A DNA stretch of 64,000 nt from assembly GCF_000150275.1 (NCBI RefSeq), contig NW_002060970.1, positions 22,197-86,196 of the forward strand, in the 5' to 3' direction. The translations under genes and the position numbers were made by a program. Numbering within the stretch: the first letter of the stretch is position 1; every line of letters starts with the position of its first letter. The stretch is from Trichoplax adhaerens. Lineage: Eukaryota; Animalia; Placozoa. Below the pieces are notes generated by a model. That model searched no databases and had not been told where the DNA came from. It saw only the letters and a program-made list of their open reading frames with translations. Shown piece after piece: positions 40,801 to 52,375 of this stretch.

Positions 40801-43800
40801 TTGCATTATTTTCACATTACTAGTCTACACAATTTTTAAGTAAGACCTTGCCAAATTATCGTTTAGAATTAAATTTCATAGACTCTACTATCTGACATAC
40901 AAATAGGAATAACTTCCAATGTTTTTTCAGAATGTTCAAGCTTTTTTCTCTCTATATAGAATTAATTCTGAGCGATTTGTCATACATAAGAACTTGTTGG
41001 TTGCTCTCATGTTCTCTCAAATTTGTATAATCACAGCATCTCAGGCTACTAAGTTTGAGGTGAGGTCTAAATCAAATACATAAGCTTCCTAATTTTGACT
41101 ATACGATCTGCATGATAAGTGCTAGCAGTATTTTGATTTGAAAGTAATTATCAACTATTTATCACCATAAATAGGTGCTATGTAAAGTAATGGCCATCAT
41201 ATCGCATTTCTTCTGCCTTGCTTCCTTTTCTTGGATGCTGGTTGAAGCGGCGCATTTATATTTCTTAATTATTTCTGTATTCAACCATCGAAGCAAAATG
41301 ATTTTATATTTTATATTTGGTTGGGGTAAGTCCAGAGACGACAGATTATTTTTTTATTTCTTGAATATAGACTAAGAGAGTAATGGTGTACACTCAAGAA
41401 ATAGATTACTTTTTAAAGTTTTGCAATATACTTTAGACATCAAACAGATGAAATCTGAAAATCGGTATATGTTATTACCGTTGCATATCTTATGATTGCT
41501 TAGCTAAGCCATTAACGTCCATTTTGCACACTAAAATTATATGAGTAGATTAAATGCGACTGATTTTTAGAGTATAGCCTAAGTGAAATCATTTTTAGTT
41601 GAGTTTTTAAATTAAACTCCTTCATTAACTAAAAATCTGTAAGCTCTTAAATGCATGATTATCAGCATACTAAACACCTAACTTAGCTAAATTAATGCTA
41701 ATTTTTAATTACATTACCCTAGGAATTCCAATTATAGTGGTTGGCGTAACAGTCGCTGTTCAGCATGAAAATTATGGCCGAGATCAAATGTAATCCATAA
41801 TCTTTAAATGCCATTCCAAAGGATAGTTTCTATTTCTTAAATTAGTATTAAGTAATGCAAAATTCTTTCACTGATAAGCTACACCTTTAGTCGTTATTGT
41901 ACTCAGCAAACAAAGCCTATATCGTAATGCTAACAACAGGATTGATAGTAAATTTAGTAGTTACTAGACGACTATCACTATATAAGACAGTGTAAGGTTT
42001 TGTTCAATAAATCTTAATTTTCTAAAGTTTTAAAGATTCTTGATCTATCAACCTCACACACTTCTGTTTCAGATGCTGGCTATCAACGAAAAACGGGTTT
42101 ACTTGGGCATTTATAGGACCAGTTGTGGCAATTATAGCGGTTTGTAATAATGAAAACCCTGCTTAAAAGGCGTACCTTGTCTATTTTAGTAAATTATTTC
42201 TTTAATTATATATGATGCAAAATAGGTGCAGCTAAATGTGTTTGAATAGAATTAATTGTATGTGTGAAGTTAACTTATCTCAATCTATAATTGTCGGAAA
42301 AATAGATTAATTTCGTTGTCATGATTGCTGTGGTCAAGATTGCGGTAGCATCCAGCACTAAGAATATTTTCGCTAATCACGGCATCAAGAACAAATTGCG
42401 AGGAATCAAGTATGTTTCTATATTAGCTATGCTATTGAATTGCCTAAATCCTACCTTAATTAAAAATTTAGGTTAATACGGCAATACTAATTAGCTTATA
42501 TTTATTAATATAAATATTATATTTTTATTTAATAATCCTGAATATCTCATAGCTGTTTTAGTAGCTGATGTTTTTTTCAGTATAATAAATAATATCGAAT
42601 CAAAAGTTGTCGATTTCATTGACTTAAATTTGTATCGCTGTCTGATTCATTGGAAATCAGTGTCATATTTAATTTCATAATTTCATTTCTTTTTTTCATA
42701 TTTTTCTTGCCTTTATTGCCTTTGTGATATCCTGGACTAAATAAAATCCAATTACATTTCTAGAACAATGGTCAAGGCGATATCAATACTTTGCCCAATT
42801 TTAGGCCTGACTTGGCTAATTGGGTTAATACCTATCACTCAAGAGACGATTGCTGTAGCATACGTCTTCGTTATCTTAAATTCCTCTCAGGTATATTAAC
42901 GATCAATGTAGAAACTTAAAGGCATCTGATATCAGTTTTATTCCTATATGATTGCTGATACTAAATCAGAACTATGTATTCTTAAAATCTGTTGAAATCT
43001 GATAAGAATTTTAAATTGCGCTTTTTCTATTCTAATTCTAGGGAATTAGCATATTTATATTTCATTGCTTATACAACAGTGAGGTAAGACATTTTTAATA
43101 TAGAATTAATTGATTATCGGATCAGCAACAGATTTTAAGAAAAATAAATCTTGCCAGTCAGGTGTATTAAAGTCTCAATTATATTCCTCGAAAGCTACTG
43201 GTACCAAACTAGATCTTATGTCTGCTTGTACCATTAGGTTCGCCAACAGTATAGAAGACTGATCCAAATGAGAGTTGTCTGTTCATCTCATGTAAATAAG
43301 GTATCACCGTAGCAATATTAGAAACTATTCAATACTAAAATCTAACTGCTCTTGATTATTAAAGAGTCATGTTAATGATAAAAGTGATGAACTTGGAACA
43401 TGTTCAATTTCTCTAAAGCATTTGTTGATTTACGTGCACAAATTTATTGTTCTAAATACTAGAACTCATTAATGAAGTTTATCCGTCAGTGTATTTTCAA
43501 TCTAAAATGAAAGTAAAAATAAGTTAAAAACTGAACCCAAATTTTCTATTACAGATCAATTCTAACGTTATTTCAAGTCCTAAATTTTCAACAAGTTCCA
43601 ATAAAATCGCCAAATTAAAAGACGGTAAAGCATTGATTTCGACTGATATTAATTTAACTTATTCATTATTACGAGATAGGTAAAATTTCTTCAGCCAATG
43701 CAATGGTAACCCTTAAAATGCGAATGAAAGCTAATTACTTGTGTTCGATTTAGATTTAAATCTCTCCTATAAAATTATACCTTTGGCAAGAGCAATAGTA

Positions 43801-44048
43801 AGTTTTACTTTTCACTTTAATTTATACCGTGATTCTTTATTAATCCTATTCGATTGGCTGACCTAGCGATCGGATACATGATATTCGTGTCTGCTAAGAT
43901 TTTATAAATTGTTCAAATTGTAATTAAACATTATCTAGGAAATTTATAATATAGCAATAAATAATTTAACCATTGAAGCATTTCAACTTTATTTTAGACA
44001 AAACCAATTAATGAGCAGGAAGAAGGAAGATTGAACTGCGCCTATTGA
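22834..44048 (+). CDS. Gene 2: adhesion GPCR with one EPN-type C-type lectin, micro-exon-encoded stalk, GAIN/GPS and ADGRD-like 7TM (about 44 exons, about 1430 aa if all are included)
   Basis: N-terminus: 22834-22890 (MGTSSNYFMAKAIYGFIIT), 26723-26744, 28533-28946 (CTL). Stalk: 29071-29145, 29324-29392, 29695-29760, 29879-29944, 30268-30333, 30644-30697, 33193-33273, 33357-33434, 33518-33595, 33870-33953, 34446-34562, 34822-34932, 35012-35116, 35252-35362, 35456-35503, 36093-36182, 36303-36365, 36549-36641, 36760-36819, 37522-37923, 38053-38132. GAIN/GPS: 38252-38434, 38539-38595, 38801-38906, 39174-39314, 39426-39498, 39581-39686, 39962-40008, 40144-40243. 7TM: 40730-40839, 40960-41059, 41175-41325, 41723-41789, 42073-42139, 42306-42409, 42764-42890, 43042-43083. 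Tail: 43238-43300, 43555-43624, 43754-43797, 43998-44048 (..GRLNCAY*). Summed length is 4299 nt, a multiple of 3. Individual stalk exons are less certain than the rest. Confidence 0.88.
28533..28946 (+). CDS. Gene 2 C-type lectin domain exon with EPN motif
   Basis: CPPGWKLYEKQC..ARLYC..SWIGLKD..NWHPLEPN..FC..WRDRNC..FICER; EPN at 28841-28849. Confidence 0.94.
32266..32755 (-). mobile_element. Solo-LTR-like family C copy 3 (gene 2 stalk intron)
   Basis: Reverse complement of 46548-47042; decayed ends; TSD TATCC/TATAC. Confidence 0.8.
33641..33704 (-). mobile_element. 64-bp element made of two D/E-type termini
   Basis: The right end ttcacggtagttggtaccgtaaca matches the family D terminus; the left end tatcacggacatcactccgtggca resembles the opposite end of element E. 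Confidence 0.5.
36070..36945 (+). repeat. Tandem duplication of an about 456-bp two-exon/two-intron unit in gene 2
   Basis: Exon pairs 36093-36182 / 36549-36641 and 36303-36365 / 36760-36819 align, and so do their introns (e.g. ttactataaaataaataatc). Confidence 0.88.
36978..37174. other. Assembly gap (197 N) adjoining family D copy 2
   Basis: N run. Confidence 1.
37175..37439 (-). mobile_element. Family D copy 2, truncated by an assembly gap
   Basis: Close reverse complement of 50140-50404. Confidence 0.82.
39962..40243 (+). CDS. Gene 2 GPS motif (exons 39962-40008 and 40144-40243)
   Basis: WKCMYWDLQSR|SWNNTGCTTNLNLNKVVCVCNHL^THFALLLQIK. Confidence 0.93.
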
Positions 44049-44307
44049 TTTAACTATTGCATCTCTCCTCATGTGACACGATTAAGTACGACAATGTACA
44101 TTGTTGTCAAGAGATTTGAGGAAAAGCAATTTTATGAACAAAATAATTGCAGTAGCTATTACGTCTTGAATACTTTGATTTAAATTACTAGCAAGTGTAT
44201 AAATGACTCTTACGACACTAGCAGCAAGTGTTATAAATACAAGTAATTAGTAAGAGCAAGTAATATCATCAGATTGACTTGGTATCATGTTTGCTCTGTA
44301 TACTAGC

Positions 44308-44313
44308 AATAAA
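44308..44313 (+). terminator. Candidate polyadenylation signal of gene 2
   Basis: AATAAA about 260 nt after the TGA at 44046-44048; weak evidence in AT-rich DNA. Confidence 0.35.
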
Positions 44314-45737
44314 ATTTATTCTGCAATTAAATTCGGGTGTTGCGATCTGTAGAGGGTCGTACCTTTATTTCTTACCTAAGTGATGGAATTTCGTCGATAT
44401 TTAAAATCATACAGTCGCATGCTGCCATTAGAGCACGATATGCTGTCATATTTTCTCTTCATAAACTTGGTTTGTGATGGTAACCCAAAAGTAGTCGCGG
44501 GTAATGAGTGATTAATCATCTAAATTCAATTAAGTTTCAATAGTTCTTGGAATATGCGAAAAATTGCCAATATTTATAGGAAATTATTCTTTAACAATTG
44601 GAAAATTCTTCTGATCAAAGTTTTTGATCTTTAAATATAATGTATTAACGGATATGAGAATAAAGAAATATCCATTTAAGCGATTATTGTGATTTATTTA
44701 TCGTTTTTGAAAGGAATTTTTTCAGACTATTTGACGATACAAATTCTGCCAGGATTTGTGTTTATTTTGCAAATAAGAATAATTGAAGTTAACCTTATAA
44801 ATATAAGTAATATCTCATTCGCATTAATAAAGTAGGCAATATCTTTTGTATAATACATATCATAACTTAACCAACTATTCGGCGGTGATACCTCCGAATG
44901 CAGACATATTCATTGAGTATCCTTTAATCTTACTTAGCTACGGTATCAGTTAAAATTATCCCCATAACTTTCTCATCTATAACATAAAAATTTTAAAATT
45001 ACTTTAAGAACTTGCTAAAAATGACTATTATTACGAATAGAAATTTTAAATTAGGGATCAGCCAGCTAATCTAGAAGTCACTTTACGAGGCAAGCCTATT
45101 TAATAGTTAAAAGCTCTAAATCGGAGATTTTCACACATTAAAAATAATTAGTTTTTTCAGTCGTAAATAGGAATCGCTAATATTGCGAATATAAGATCCA
45201 GCTAAAAGGCTATTAAATTAATAAATACAGTAATAAAGTCCACAATTCTATATTTAGGCAGATCAATACGCAGCTAACCTTTGCAAAAAAACTAGAAAAG
45301 CAAGAATGGGAAACTGTTAAAAATAATATTAATTGCTTGAAGTATTGGCTAAATAATTTAGAAATTAAATATGCTTCAGTAGAAATATCTGATGGCAAAG
45401 AAAAGTTATTTTTGGAAGCTCTACGTATTCCGAAAATTTAGATTATTAACACCAATTTGAGTTAAATCACCATCGATATAAATAATATGGAGCATCAATT
45501 TAGAAATGCAACTTTTTAGGAGCAGAATAATGTAAGAAAATTGGTTTATATATATTACGAGCTAGAAATAACCCTAACTTGCAACAAGAATTTAGAGGGT
45601 AATTTCTATTCTATACTACTTATCTCAAACTTAACTTGCGAACTACTAACCTAAACTAATTGATTACTTATTCCTATCTCCACTACACCTGGAATTCTAC
45701 TGTGTAGTAGTTCTATACTACTTACGGTCACACAGGG

Positions 45738-46286
45738 TGTAATGTAACTAGTATCGTGATTGTAGACTGCTAGCCATGTTTAGTATAATGTATAGTAGAT
45801 ATTATCCTAAGATATATTTGGTAGCTATAACTATAGACTGTAGTGGTATAGACTCTATGCTAGAGTACAGATGACAATATACAGTAAGATGCTGAGTTAC
45901 TAATAAAGCTATAGGTAAAATAGAACTGTAAATCAGACATTAGGATATGGTTAATTCATTACACTTTGGCTGATGTGAATAATGTCTACGTAAGTACTGT
46001 AGTCGTATCCATATTGGATTAATGATGGTCCGCAGTAGAATAGTCTTACTAAGAATAATTTAACTATATGTAATATAAGGTAAAAGGTTGCCATGCAGAT
46101 TGTAGCTGCGAATGCTACGAAAAGTATAAAAGCATGCAACTTTGGATTATTCTGTTAGTTCGTTGTAGAAGTCTTTAGTAGTAGTATTCGGTTAGAGTAG
46201 AGCTGTGTGCAGTTAATCTTTGTATAAGATTCAATAAAGCCCTTATTTTTCTAAAATTTGGAACCTCGTGATTGGTATTTATCACA
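45738..46286 (+). mobile_element. Solo-LTR-like family B copy 3
   Basis: TGTAAT...ATCACA with perfect TSD CAGGG. TATAAAAG at about 46125 and AATAAA at about 46233 on this strand give an LTR-like U3-R-U5 order. Confidence 0.87.
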
Positions 46287-46547
46287 CAGGGATAAGACTA
46301 TTTTAAGAATTTAGTATAGTTTTATTAATAGAGTAGCCGAAGCGCTATCTTATCACGAGATGAGGGGCTGAGCATTCGCTCTTACTTTTATACCCTACAA
46401 CCGAACTTGTGGTACATACATAGTAATTTAATATGATAGCATTTACATGGTTCGTATACTCGTACGTCACTCATACTTCACGGCGAATATTTTTATAATA
46501 AAAATATTTACCAAATATATGGAGTGAGCTACGTAATAGTTACTAGT

Positions 46548-47042
46548 TGTGATAGTGTTATATACTGAATTAGGGTAAAAATATCTATGTTAGGATAATT
46601 TTGTTAGCCTATCCTTATTTAGTTAACTTCTAATTTTACAGTTCGAATCATTGTGATTGTAACTTACTTATCAGGACATATCGTAATCTGACTATTCTGT
46701 ATTAGTCATCAGATGTCTATGTCCGTAAATACTGTTATCTGCATTAGGGAGCAATAGCTAAAATTAATGTCTAATTCAGTGAATAATTCTAAAGCTAATC
46801 GCACCAACTATATGACTCATGAGCTATTGAGGAAGAGTATATAAACGCAATATATCGTGTAATAAAGCTAATTCTTAAACTTAGTGTTTAACATAAAATA
46901 CGAGGCGTCTAAGTCTTTGTGTAGTCTGCTAGTAGAGCAAAAGTGTTCCTGATAGTGCAGATATTGTTCCTTGATGCTAGGTTCAAGGAATGGACTTATT
47001 AATCGTACATTACGTTATCTTGTTGCAAAGCTGTTTTTGACA
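46548..47042 (+). mobile_element. Solo-LTR-like family C copy 1
   Basis: TGTGAT...TGACA; TSD CTAGT/CTAGA; TATATAAA at about 46838 followed by AATAAA at about 46861. Confidence 0.83.
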
Positions 47043-50000
47043 CTAGAATACTAAATATTTTATTTTCCTACTTAAATGTTAACATATAAAAGAATCCGTC
47101 AACAAATGTAGGCAATAAACTTTTTAAAAATTAGCTGCATTATACGTAATCTGCCTAGATCTATAAAATTTTATAAACTGGCTTAGGCCCTTCAAGATTT
47201 CTTTTTAAAGTTTGCTACTAATTTCTCACAATTGCATTCCAATTAATTTATCTATTTTGAATGCTCAATCGCTACCTAAATAGCTACTATCCTATTTTTT
47301 CCCATCTAGTTGATTATGGTAATAATAGAATAATTGAAACATAACTTCTAAATTATGTCTCTAATTCTAGTGCGTTGGCACTTCAAAGCGGCATGATACT
47401 ACAGATAAATATCTTGGATAATAATAGTTTATTTGCCACTAATGAATACCACCTGATGTATCATCATTACTTTAACAACACAAAATTTTAGGAATGTTCT
47501 GATGAATATCTTACCTTTTACAACATCAGTTACTAAAAGGGAATCTTTGAAAGTTACAAGAAACTCTTTTAGATGCCTTCTTTAAATCGATCAAATAGTT
47601 GGTAAGAATTATGTACTCTTGCTGTGTGAGAAATTTATGAAAGTAAGTAGTCATGATAAACATAAGTTTATTTAGCCAAAGTAATTGATGGCAGCATCGG
47701 TTAATTGTCTTTTCAATCATATTGTTTATTATACTAATTAATTACGTCGATTTCAAATTTAAACAAACAAGGAAGAAATCCAGTTAAATATCTGGCTGGA
47801 CATAATTGGAATGCAGTGATACTATAATAGTATGAGTCACGTAAAATGTGAATAAAACGACACGTTATTGTTCTTGGGAGCTGATCTATATCTTACCATT
47901 AAATAAAAACTAGAAATTTGATACGTGAGATGATCGTTGGGATAGACATGATCCTTGTTAGTAGCGACTACAACTTTCTCCCTTGACTCAATTTAATCAG
48001 ACTAGGCGATGTAAACAATTGACGCCGATAAGATTATATTAAGATTTAACTTGTTCAATTTGATCATTTATCTATAATACATTCCAAAAAGCTAAAAAAT
48101 TAAGCAGATGTTTTCATTAACATTCAAATATCATCTTATGTAGCAATAATATGGATATAAATGTCGACAATACCTAGGGTAACTTGAATAATCAGATACA
48201 CCTGCTTCTTATCAACTTTATATTATAATCAATTGAATAGCAAATTGATTCAATACTATGGCGTTAATTAATCATATCATTTGCTACTTGATTCTTTTTT
48301 AAGTAGCAACTATTCATTCAGATATAAATTGAGATACATTAATGCCTTAGTTTGAATATAGCAACTCTTGCATAAACATTACTTATGTAAAATCAGTATT
48401 TTATACATCGATTATGTTAGCGTAATAGATTTCATACCTCCATGTTTATTAGCAAGGTAGTCTAACAGTTCACACATAATACTTTTCATTACTCATTTAA
48501 AGGGAATCATTTACAGTATCGAATTTGGAAATTCTATAGCATTGAAAAAGTTTTAGTAATTTAGGAAAGAATTATTATTGCCTTTGGCGATACCGACGCC
48601 GCCGTGATAAGGATATAGTCAATTAGGTTAATATATCGGCTTGCAGTGGAAAAAATTGAGTTGCGGTGATAAGAAATACTAGCAAATTTAGCGGCATCAG
48701 TTAAAAACGATTATAACAGCACAATCAATTGCAGAATTTTACGTGGTATTTTGGTAAGTTACTTGTTATTCATTGAGGCAAATCCTGATAATATTTATAT
48801 TTTCATTATCAAATGATTTGTTTTCATCTGGAATACATAACAGTAAAGTAATATAAAATTGTGACATATCTGAATTATATCGGCGGTATAGCTTTTATTT
48901 TCATTGCTTCACAACTTGATCCGTACTTAAATATATATGGCAAAATGGATCGAAATGGTGAATAGTTGATGTTTTGCAATCCTTCGTCAGCTTTAAAATG
49001 AGAAAGAAAAATTCGTAATACCAAAATTTCGGCTAACTACTAGGTGTTAGCTTTCAAATAATTAATGAGCCATGAGGTCGATAGAGCATTGAGCTATCGC
49101 TCATGTGGCAAAGGTCAACATCGATAAATATTAATAGTTAAATAATATTAGCTGTAAAAAAATTAGTTAAACTATCTTCGAATTATCGTTGATGGTACTA
49201 TAATTAACAAAATTTGAGGAAAAACACGAAATACAGCACATTAATTGTGATTACATTTGAATTATCTAAAATCTATCTTTATTATTATGTATAGACGACT
49301 GATAAAACCTTATTCCTAACATACTTCATTCACTATTCTAAGGAATATGCGAACGATATTTAACCGAATATATTTGCTTTTCTTAAAATTAATTAGCCAG
49401 TTATTCGTTATAATATTACTTTAACTTTCTCCTCCTGATCATCATTGACTATATTACAGCTACGATAATGATACATTAATATATATGTTAAGGCCAAAAT
49501 CCGTAATACGTAACCTATACACAGTTTGTGGCTTAAAATGAAAGTGTGGTTAGAATTTGATTTAGTAGCGTGAATAGCTACTGTAATCGCCTCACTGCTA
49601 CACAGTTAGTTTCGTAACTTAAAGATCTTACTGTCTCAGACCGGCTTAAATTTCTGTACTATCATCGTTTCATCATCAGCCAAGGCCCACTAATATACTT
49701 TATTCTACGTAAACCGTTGCAGCTACAAAAATAACAAAAGAATCTAAGAATATCGAATGATTCATTCAAAGCTCAATACTTTAGAATTGAATAGAAATCG
49801 ATAAGTTCTCATTCACCACCGTAAAATTTTATTTAATTCATTTTCATTTCATTAAGGTATAGAAAAAACATATCAGTCAAAATACTGTAATTAATCATGA
49901 AATGACTGTTATGATTAGGTTCTTATTCTTACAAATATTACACTACCTAATCAATATCGGATTGACAATGGCGTTTCTGTATAAATTGTAATGAAATGAA

Positions 50001-50139
50001 ATGTGAGCAACCAAGCTAAAAACTTCAAACAAACTTTCATTCTACTTTCTTTGTACTCTGGTCGACAAAGCAAAACTTTGATATCAAATACAATTGGGGA
50101 ATCAACCAATCAACAATTTATTAAGAAAATGTGATGGAG

Positions 50140-50581
50140 TGTCACGGTACGAACTACCGTGAAAAAATAGCTATCTAAATTTGGTTAATATAATATAGTG
50201 ATAATATATTACAACTAGTTACTTACAGTAGGAATTACTCTAATTATAAGTGTGTTACAGTAAATTTAATGCTGTGCTGTAATGTGTACTGAAATGAATA
50301 TGTGAACGGACATATTGTAGTCCGACTTTGAAAAATTAATTAGTAGATGTTCTCACCTAAGTATTTTTATAAGATGACTCGTGAATGTTATCTGCTGTAG
50401 AAGGGTATATAAGCCCGTCAGATAGTTGAGTAAAGCAGTTCTCAATTGTCTAGTTGAGTTTAGCGTAGAATCAAAGGCGTCTAAATTCTTGTGAGGTAGT
50501 TAAAGGATACTGATTTCCGGAGACTATAGTAATTTAGAGATTTGTTTTACGTTCTCCTTATCACGAAACTGGTTTGTGACA
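50140..50581 (+). mobile_element. Solo-LTR-like family D copy 1
   Basis: TGTCACGG...TGTGACA ends, each with an internal hairpin; TATATAAG at about 50406; weak TSD (TGGAG/CGGAT); second copy at 37175-37439. Confidence 0.78.
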
Positions 50582-50689
50582 CGGATTCTGATCAAATAAC
50601 CTTCCCAAATACCTAATTCTAAGTGTAATAAGCAAAGAATTAAAAAAACGGCAGAACTGAAACTGTCAACAACCTAGCGACCTAACAAA

Positions 50690-50840
50690 AAGAAGAACAT
50701 TTTAACTTACAACAGTTCGACCTAGGAGACCTTTAAAATTCAACAAGTTCTTCAAACAATCTTCTTTTGCTCTACTTTAAATTTTTTGATTGCACTATCA
50801 TTTATAGACTTCGCAAAGCCATTCCTCAGTGGTACATGAA
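50690..50840 (+). pseudogene. Possible highly decayed non-LTR retrotransposon reverse-transcriptase fragment
   Basis: One frame reads ST*ETFKIQQVLQ...LSFIDFAKPFLSG, resembling the LINE RT segment ST.D.IF.L.Q.LE...FIDF.KAFDSV; it lies in an A/C-skewed tract. Confidence 0.3.
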
Positions 50841-52064
50841 ACTAAATAGTTATTAAGCAATCACTCTTAAGATCCACTTTAGAAACTACTTTGCACCACT
50901 TAAGAAAACAAAAATCATTCAAAGTTCAGACACAATTTATACATTATGAATTCCTTACAAAACACTATAAAATACGTCAATTTTCACTTATAACATAATT
51001 TCTAAATCATAAGACATTACAAAAGTCTAAAATTAACCTTTAAACATCAAGACTTAGTCATAAAAGCAACAGTCTAACTACTTAACAATCAACACAACCT
51101 CTGGCATTAGCCATCTTATTTTCTATTTTTTCAACTAAATTTTCGTAATGTAGCTTTCACGTCACGTCATAAATTCCCGTAGTTTCATATTCAAAACAAA
51201 AAGTTCAAATTTCAAAAGTCAACTCTTAAAACATTTTCCAAAAATAAACTCCGAAAATCGGAATTTTATAAAGATCACAGTAATCGCTTATCAAAAAATT
51301 TTATATTACAACTATGGCAACTTTTCTGACATTAGTATTGACAGTTGATGTTTTAGCATGAAGTTGTACGTTAATTGTACTATTATAGCCAACATTAAAG
51401 AACTTTACTGTCATGTTATAAATCCGCTTTCTCTATGGATAGGGTTTGTTACGAAGTTAAATTCATTTATAATCTCAATAGACTATCAAACGCCCTTTCT
51501 TTAGATTATGCGATTTCTCTTAGGTTATTCCTATAGCAATTTATATAATATCTTGTAAAATTGTAAAGAAAAAATGATGACGACAATAAGATTTTGGCAG
51601 GGCAAAACTGAAAGATACTATCACTTTCTAGATATTTTCTATAGTAAATGAAAAAATTTACGTAGTAAAAGCTTTAAAGGACTCTGCTTTTAGTCCTTTA
51701 TTACATAATGACATAACGATTATGTACGACGATAACTGAGGGTGAACTAAAATATTCGCATCGCAATAGCGTACTTCTGTTTCCAAAAATTTATAGCTAT
51801 TATAAGAAATATTCAATCCATTTAAATAGTAAATTAATCCATATTTTTTCAATACTTGAAGTACTATGAACGCGCTGTTTTAATACATCATCCAGGGTAA
51901 AATGATTGTGCTGTAAAATCCAGATATCTTACTTATATTTACAAACATAATCGGTATCTTTGTTGACACAAGGTCTAATAGAATTATAACTATTATAGAT
52001 TTTAGATATTATCCAAAAAATTTTTGCAGCTTGAAGTACAAAATAATACAGATAAACGCCAGTG

Positions 52065-52166
52065 CTATATTAAAGCACAGTATATCCAAATTAGAAGTTG
52101 ACTAAATAAGGATAGAATTATCCAACAAGATATTTCTACCCTAATACGGTATATAACATTGTCACA
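52065..52166 (-). mobile_element. Fragment of the family C 5' end, just upstream of the first coding exon of gene 3
   Basis: aaattagaagttgactaaataaggatag...atttctaccctaatacggtatataacattgtcaca matches the reverse complement of the family C start. Confidence 0.7.
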
Positions 52167-52375
52167 ACAAGGCCAAATTATGATGTAATCCATTAAAATC
52201 TCTCTACCTTGACAGATTTTCACTTTACGGCTGGAGAAAATTCTTATTCTTCAAACAACGCATAGTAACATACATTACTACTAACAACGTTACATAAAAT
52301 TTAAACAAAGACTAGCTTTCCACATATCTTTTATTTTTCATGTTAATATATTTTTTATTTTTTTGCCTAGAGAGC

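Noticed and set aside
44034-44048. C-terminal NCAY of gene 2 as a prenylation motif
   Set aside because: The Cys is third from the end, so it is not CaaX.
45951-46139. Near-identical 62-aa hydrophobic ORFs at 45951-46139 (-) and 53878-54066 (+)
   Set aside because: Both are copies of repeat family B, start at non-ATG codons and run antisense to the element's TATA/polyA orientation; similarity reflects recent copying.
48580-48760. GC-richer patch with GATAAG motifs and a GTAAGT donor as promoter or first exon of gene 3
   Set aside because: Plausible but not supportable without transcript data; GATA motifs are frequent by chance in AT-rich DNA.
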